A stretch of DNA of 64,000 nucleotides from Chrysomallon squamiferum (Eukaryota; Animalia; Mollusca), in NCBI GenBank assembly GCA_012295275.1, contig CM022666.1, positions 13,516,001 to 13,580,000 on the forward strand. The letters run 5' to 3'. Both the position numbers and the translations under genes were made by a program. The notes below the pieces were generated by a model that was not told where the DNA came from, searched no databases, and was given only the letters and a program-made list of their open reading frames with translations. This document shows, piece by piece, positions 55,562 to 64,000 of the stretch (positions are counted from its first letter, which is position 1; the number at the start of each line of letters is the position of its first letter).

Positions 55562-58500
55562 GTCTGCTTTAAATGTGTGACCTCATGTGTTTCTCACTGT
55601 AAAGGAAAAAAATATCATAGATTTGAAATATTAAAACTATATATATATATATTTTATTGTGATTCATGCAAAATCATTTGAATTTACATGATACTGTAAA
55701 TATCATTTTATATTTTGTATTGTTTCTAGCAAAACTATAAAAAATAAAATACAATGTGCTAAATAAAACTGTGATATCCTATTCTTCTAAACATCATACA
55801 TAGAATTGTTATAAAATATAAAAATGCTATCTATAAATGATGTAAAAAAATATATATATATTATTTATAGTAAATTTTTCATAATTTGTAATACATTTCC
55901 ATTTTATTTAAATGTAACAAATTAAAATTTATAATGAAAACTTTATGTATTCATATAAGCTTGAAATAAAAAAGGTATTCATTATATTAAACTGTGAGAG
56001 AATTCAAAATACATTTTGAAAAGATGTACTAATTAGTTCGGTTTTTGTTTTTATTACAACAAAAACTAAACATAAAAAATAATGAAAATATACAAGGATT
56101 AAATATCTGGTAAAATACAAAAATAATGAAAATTAATAAATTATTTTTATATACTAGCCATAGAAAGATAGGGATTGTTTTTATAAATGATTTATCAGAT
56201 GAAAGTGGAAAGATTTAAATACAGATAAAATTTATAAACAAGTTTTTATTTTAAATGATTTATCATTGGTGAATGCCTTCTTCTGCTCATTAAGTAATAT
56301 TAATAATATTTCTGGCAAAACACCTGCATTACCTTTTAAAATAAAAATTATGCTAAAAAGAAACAAAATGAAAAGAGATGGATCACTATTTATGAATAAA
56401 AAACAGATAAAACAAAAGTCACAAAAACAAAATACATACAAGTTTGATGTTTGGGAACAATTTCGTTCTTTAAACATTCAAGTATTTGAAATGCAGAACC
56501 GTATTATGGTTTCAGTATCAATTACTTCACACAATTTTATCTACACTGTTTTTTTTCTTCTTTTTTTTTTTTTTTTTTACACATATGATAAAGATTGGAA
56601 TAAATGTAATTTATGAAAAAATCCTCCTGAAACATTACAACATTTGTTTTTATGATTGTCATAAAACTGCTAGGAAAGCTGGGCTGGAATGGGTATTTGA
56701 ACAATTCAAAACAAACATTTTGTTAAATAAATATACAGTTATGCTTGGCATGATAAATACTGAAATAAACCAAGTGTTTGTAGTTAATTGGTTAACACTT
56801 AATACAAAATATCATATTTATTGTAAGAAAATAATCTTAATATTAACAATATTAAAAATATACTGCAACATAAATTTCATATAAAGACAGATGTATTTAT
56901 TAAAAATAGCAAGTATGAGAATTTTAATCAACACTGTGAAAAATGGCTTCACCTTTTTAACAATATTTAAAATAATATTATTTATATTTCTATCTGTAAA
57001 ACAGCACGACTTATTAGAAAATAAAACACACATATTATTGCTACATCTCTTTTCAAAAATCGTACTTCTAGTTTCACACATTATCTATCTGTATCTGATT
57101 TCTTCGTTGTAATATGTGTCAAATGTCATTATCATTCTAATAAACACCCAACAACTATCAATTCTAAAGCTGATATGGCTATCTAACAAATCTCTTCTTT
57201 AATTATATAATTTTTTACTCTTCCGACTCTTTCATTTTCTCCTCTGCCGTTTAGACCCTCATATTACTGAATTTAATTATATGAATAATGAAGCCTTTAT
57301 ATATATATACATATGGGCTTTTTTCTTTGAAAAAAACCAAACAGATCCGCTCATAACTGTTAATATAATACTGTGTGTCATGTTATTTATATTACATTGT
57401 AAGATAAGTGGTTCAAGGCTTCCTCAAACTGACAGAGAGAGCCTATGATCTGAAAGTAATAATTATTATAAAAATAAATAAATATATATTTAAATACATA
57501 ATTTTGATCATCTCTAACAATTACATGTATATACATAACCATCATATAATTATATTTACACAAATACCAATCATATAACTGTGTGTGTGTGTGTGTGTCT
57601 CTCTCTCTCTCTCTCTCTATTTGTATATATAAACAAACACCTTAGAACTTACACCTTTGATGAGTCACTATAATTCAACCACTACTGTTTTGTCTTCAGC
57701 CAGAAACTAACAAACAAAAATGTTACACTATCACACAATCTGTGCGACTAGTGACTATTCTAAAACACTAACACGAACTAGACAAATAACCAGTCGACAT
57801 CACTAGATCTGCATCTTAAAACCTCTGCTGTCTACACCTGACAGAAATCCACAATGAGTGGATAATAATTTGAAAAATATCAGAACAAAAATAAAGACTG
57901 ACAATGACATCACTGCCACACACGGAAAACTTCTTTTACACAACAAGGAAGTAACTGAAACAACACTACCGACTATGATCCTGATTCAAACTTTCCACCA
58001 ATGCTGTAATTAGAGCTTAACCAAACACAAAAAACTTCCTTTATTTAAAAATAAATACAAGTCATAAATTTAATACATTAATACATTTTTTTTCCTCATT
58101 CTAATAAAAATAAGTAAAAGTATGATAAAGTACACAAAATGTGTTCTGTTGTTAAGAGACACCTTAAAGCAGACAAACATTAATAAATATTTAACTAGTA
58201 CATCGTAACATTACCTCAAGAGTTAGATATAATATACAGATAAATTTGTATGAATGTTAATGAACCTATTTAGAATTTAAATTAAAACACTCCACAATTA
58301 TCAGTTATATGAATGTGAAAAAATCAATAGCACATTAAATAAATAAATATTTCCATTAAAAATACATGGTTAAAGCTGATTTTAATATAAATAATGTCAG
58401 ATGAATTATATATCAAAAATATTTTCTGTTATATCTGGAGAATAATATATGTCAGATGAATTATTTTTATCAAAAATATTTTCTATTACATCTGGAGAAC

Positions 58501-58949
58501 AATATACGTTTTATTATTTTTATAATAATATTTAACATGAAAGTGATAAAAAAAAAATCCATTTAATAATTCTTAAAACCGATTAAATTTTTTTAAGATG
58601 TTGAAGAAAAAACATGCCTTACTGTTGATAACAGAATTTCAATAAGTCTAACAAATAATTAAACACAAATCTGATTTTTAATAATCATCAGAATTTATTA
58701 ATGTATTGTATCTGCCTAAAAGTAAAATATATAAATCAGTATTTTATTAAAGACAAAAATAATAAAAACTGAATATTACATCACGTAATTTATTCTTGAA
58801 AGTTGAATGAACCAAACATGAAAAGATATCTGCACTCACGATTTTTATAATAATTAATGTTATGTAATTTTTACATACAATAAATAGTAAGAGTTACTAA
58901 GCTTATAAAGTTAATTTTCAAGCGATTTGGTTACTATCCAAATGACAAA

Positions 58950-59230
58950 CCCCGATTTCGGCGCGCCAAGGCAGTTCATTTTAAAATAACTTTAACAATT
59001 AATAACAGTAATATCACCTGTTCCCATGTGGAATCCGTAAAACAAATGCCTGATGAACTTTTGCCTCGAGTGATTTCGTATGTCAAACTTGTGTCGTAAC
59101 GAGAACTTTGAAACTTGTCAACAAAAGTAGCGTGGTTTGTGGGTGGGGCATTAAGCCAATTGAGGGGAAACAACTCTTATTTTAAAAGGTCGTTAGTCTC
59201 AAACCACCTTTTAAAAAACGGTAACAGGAA
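58950..59230 (-). promoter_or_regulatory. Probable GK5 promoter / first non-coding exon
   Basis: Local CpG cluster (GGCGCGCC etc.) in otherwise CpG-poor DNA, CCAAT and GC-box-like motifs, candidate donor CAG|GTGATA at 59018/59017; the first coding exon has its own acceptor at 55597-55598. Confidence 0.45.
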
Positions 59231-59932
59231 TGCTTCTGTGTGTGTATTTAATTATTTCATAGATAGTGGAAGATTTGTTAAAGAAAAAATACAAAATTAT
59301 TTTATACTATGTACTATCAGCAGTCTGTAATTGTTGATATTGTGGTGTAAATGTAAAATTTACCCTATAACCGTATAGATTATGCATGATAAACAGAACA
59401 AAGCCCACTGATTGCAAACTGCTTGGGGCACGATTTCTAGGCTTATCGTTACAGACTTGTACATCATTTTATTATCAGTAATATTTTATGTATATGGTAG
59501 TTTAAATTAAAACTGAAAACAAAATAGCTTATCCTTGAAAAAAATAAAATAAAAGAGGTTACTACTAAAAATAGAAGAAAAAAAAAACTCCACAATCTTT
59601 TTGTATCATTTTTATTCTTTATTAAGCATTTAAAAATAATTTCAAATGAATCCATATAATAAAGATAATAACATTCTCTGCATGTAGGGAGATATTTCCT
59701 GTGTCCAAGCTGACATTTATTATTGAAAATGTCACTGAATATCATGGCATTTATTATGATATAAAATATGAGAAACTTATCACATACAAGATAATCACAG
59801 GAACTGACATTGTTCCGAACAACAGCATGTTACATTCTTCTTAATGATTTTTTCAAAAAATGCTTAATAATAATTCCAAAATGGATTTCAATTATTTCTT
59901 TATTTAGCAATATATCTCTGACTGTAAGTAAA

Positions 59933-62277
59933 TTAGGAGAAATCTGTTTTTTTGTCCATCCAGAATTTAATTTTATTTGTCTCTCCATTTGACCTCAGCA
60001 GAGCGGTCATCCTTCCATCATAAAGTCCGAACACTCCACCTAAAAGTAAAATTTTATAATCTCCATTATCTACTTTATCACTGAGAAAAAAAACAGGTAG
60101 AGATCATCTGAAAATAATATTAATTCCAAAAATTTAATAATCTGTATTCAACAACTCAAGTTCTTTAATGATGAAAGGGTTTGTACTTTTATTTATATTT
60201 TTTGTTCTTCTAAAAAGTTGTGGCTTTCATTTTTTTTTTTTGTCTCTGTTGTCCTTAACTATATGTCTCCTTTCTTTTAGCCATTAATAAAAATCTGTTG
60301 TTAAATAAAATATCACAATTATTTTTTTTTCATCTTGTAAATTACAAAAGGTCTGGTTAAAACACAAGTCTAATTTCCAAAAAAGCTTTTCGTTTTTACG
60401 TGGTACACAAAAATTCACATTCCTGACGGAACTTAATTTAAAAACGAACAATCTATAAAATATATATGTGTGTGTGTGTGTATATACTGCCAATTAAATA
60501 CAACACATTACACAAAGATAATTCAATTTAAGAAGTGAAACGAAACCTGTGTGTAAGAAGAGAATTCTTTTTCCTTTAAATCTGCTTGGATTGTTTCTCA
60601 GTTCTTTCCACATTCCATAGGCAGCCTTCCCAGTGTACACTGGGTCAAACAGGATTCCAGTTTTACAACTGATTTTAGCAATGAATTCTAAATGTCAAAT
60701 GTAAACATAATTAAAATACAATCAGAAAAATTATTATAACAATAATAACATTTTACACACACGCACATATTATATATATTTTAGTTAAAACTAGAAAGAT
60801 TAAATTTTTTCTTTATTTCATTTTGTTTTTATTTATTTATTTTGTCATATTTTGTTTAATTTATTAGAGAACAGATTTTCTATTGTCTTTTTTAAAAATT
60901 TCATCTAATTATTTCTTTATTTGTTTGTTTTGTCGTAAGAACTATTTCATAAAAGAATTAATTTTCTGTATTGTTTTATTTATTGTTGATTTATTTTGTT
61001 TGTTTATTTTGTCATCAGGACTGATTTATTTGGCCTCACCCAGCTCATCTGGTGATGAAATTCCATAACCTTGACCTTTGTAATCTTCAATGATGTCAAT
61101 AATGTCCTCTGACCTGACGTCTGCTAGTCCAGTAGCAGACAACATTTCATTAACATGATTGTAAAAATACTCTGGACTGTCACTAACAACAATGCCGTGA
61201 ATTCTGAAAGAATATACACGAAGACATTTTTAATTAATAAAAACAAAATTTGAGATTATAAGTAAAATAGTTTTCACACATGATCAGATAACAATGAAAA
61301 TCTGCTGCTGTTATTTTGGTAGTTAGGGATTGTATAAAACAGAGTGGTACCCTGGTAGGTATGGGGAAAAAAATAAAAGTAAATGCTAAAGAGGATTGAT
61401 TCTGTACCTTCAATTCCCTCTTCCAGATAAATAATATAATAAAATAATACTCATAATAATAATAATAATAATAGTAACAGCAACAGCAACAACAACAACC
61501 CAATAATCATAATAAGTAAAATTAATAATAATATATAATAAGAAAAAGAGATAGAAAATGAAATAAATAAAATCGTCCACCTGAGTTTGGAGCCTGTTAA
61601 GAAATTGCCAATGGCAAGACCTGCAGCTGTTCCACCACTTCCACACGAAAACACCAAGTCATCATAGTCATCTAAAGCTCCCTGTTTGAAACATACACAT
61701 ATACATATACACATACATATACATATACATATACATAAACATATACATATACATACACATATACATATACATATACATAAACATATACATAAACACCAAG
61801 TCATCATAGTCATCTAAAGCTCCCTGTTTCAAACATATACATACACATACACATATACATATACATATACATATACATACACATACATATACATACACAC
61901 ATACACACATATACACATATACATACACATACATATACATATAGATATATATACACATACACACATACACACATATACATATACACATACATATACATAC
62001 ACACATACACACATACACACACATATACACATACATATACATATACACACATATACATATACACATACACATACATACACATACATACACACACATACAT
62101 ACACAAACATATACATAAACATATACATATACATACACATACACATACACATACACATACATATACATATACATACACATATACCCATACACATACATAT
62201 ACATGTATGTAAACATATACACACACATATACATAAACACCAAATCATGATAGTCATCTACAGCTCCCTGGTTTAAA

Positions 62278-62310
<33 letters not shown>

Positions 62311-62311
62311 A

Positions 62312-62370
<59 letters not shown>

Positions 62371-62377
62371 AATACAA

Positions 62378-62426
<49 letters not shown>

Positions 62427-63027
62427 AACATATACATATACATATACATATACATAAACACCAAGTCTTCATAGTCATCTAAAGCTCCCTGTTTCAAACA
62501 TATACATATATATATATACATACACACATACACACATATACATATACACATACATATACATACACATACATATACATATACATATACATACACACATTCA
62601 CACATACACACACATATACACATACATATACATATACACACATATACATATACACATACACATACATACACATACATACACACATATACATACACAAACA
62701 TATACATATACATACACATACACATACATATACATATACCCATACACATACACATACATATACACATACACATAAACATACATACACATATACACAGATA
62801 CATAGATATATACATATACATATACATGTATGTAAACATATACACACACATATACATAAACACCAAATCATGATAGTCATCTACAGCTCCCTGGTTTAAA
62901 ACATATACATATACACATACACATACATATACACATACATATACATAAACATATACATAAACACCAAGTCATCAGTCATATAGAGCTTCCTCTACATATA
63001 CATAAACATATACATATACATATACAA

Positions 63028-63058
<31 letters not shown>

Positions 63059-63101
63059 AACATAAACATAAACATATACATATACATATACATATACATA
63101 A

Positions 63102-63154
<53 letters not shown>

Positions 63155-63796
63155 AACATATACATAGGTATATCATAAAGTGTTAATGAATCATACTAAT
63201 TTTAAAATCACTTACTGATGATAAAAAAATGAGGGTAAATCAACAGTATAATAAATAATCTGCTTTAAAAAATTTATATTTAATAAACGTATTATAGTTA
63301 CCTGATTTTTCAGTTCTTCAACTGCTTCAATGTAGCCATAAACCCCAATTTCATTAGAACCACCTACAGGTATTAGGTACGAGTTCTCTCCCCTTTCCTG
63401 TCTATAAAGAGAGAGAGAAAAAAATTGTGTTAAATATTATTATTAAATTAAAATCTGACATGTTTGTCTGTCTCTATCACTTAAACACATAAACACACAC
63501 ACACACACACACACACACCATATAATTCAAAATGTTAATCAAACAAAAATACTTTCAATTATTACTGAGCTTCATTTTATTATTATTGTCATCATTATTC
63601 TCACAAAATATATATTCCTTAATGTAACATACAAAAAGTATGTCACACTTTCTCTCAATGAGTACTCATTCATGACTCAAATACTTGATCAGCTCAGCTA
63701 GTCCTGCATGCGAGGGTTCAGTTCTGTCAGGTACGGTGATTTCCTGGGTACCAAAATACAGAGTAGCCCCACACAGTCTGTCCAGTAGCAAGTTTC
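59933..63796 (-). CDS. D-cysteine desulfhydrase-like PLP enzyme (ACC deaminase/DCyD family), 3' part; possibly truncated or pseudogenised
   Basis: Exons 63685-~63796, 63302-63401, 61581-61681, 61040-61203, 60547-60687, 59933-60039 with matching phases. Motifs [43 protein letters not shown]; TAA stop at 59933-59935. Confidence 0.88.
61649..63165 (-). repeat. Compound repeat: copies of acceptor plus first 33 nt of a DCyD exon, separated by (CATATA)n microsatellite
   Basis: Exon-start copies at 61649-61681 (true), 61791-61823, 62235-62267, 62456-62488, 62858-62890 and degenerate 62959-62990. Confidence 0.93.
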
Positions 63797-64000
63797 AAGC
63801 AGAATAAAGTTGGCTTAACTGTTCAAAGCAGCAAAGTCAATAAACTGAGAGGTTTTCTCAAATATCTGCAAAGAAATGATGCTTTTCATTTCATGGGAAG
63901 TAACAACTTTGACCTTCTCCTGGAATAGCAAATTGCATTGCAATCTTCTCAAGACTTGACTTTTGAGCAAATACTTGATAATCAGGTATAATCAGTCTGA

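Noticed and set aside
61668-63176. Long Cys/Ile/Met/Tyr-rich ORFs
   Set aside because: Translations of the (ATGTAT)n microsatellite; only the embedded [11 protein letters not shown] pieces are exon-derived.

Overview
AT-rich, microsatellite-dense, intron-rich animal genomic DNA. It is probably a lophotrochozoan such as a mollusc, but that is inferred from composition and gene content, not proven. Most ORF-track entries are microsatellite noise. Reading splice sites by hand gives five genes or gene parts: (1) first coding exon of a D-cysteine desulfhydrase (DCyD)-like gene leaving the window leftwards (51-218, -); (2) a divergently transcribed 3-exon orphan gene of about 235 aa (1424-3398, +); (3) TBC1D24/skywalker (9 coding exons, 18329-32229, +) with an extra 81-nt cassette exon and one homopolymer frameshift; (4) glycerol kinase 5 (16 coding exons, 44926-55561, -); (5) the 3' exons of a DCyD-like gene (59933-63796, -) that breaks off mid-exon. 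The most striking unexplained pattern is that five tandem repeats, spread over all three multi-exon conserved genes, are built from or abut an exon-intron junction. They form arrays of up to 14 extra splice sites, and every decoy I traced leads to a stop or frameshift. Two Tigger/pogo-type MITEs and a CpG-rich versus CpG-poor domain structure are also visible. No tRNA, rRNA or CRISPR is supported.
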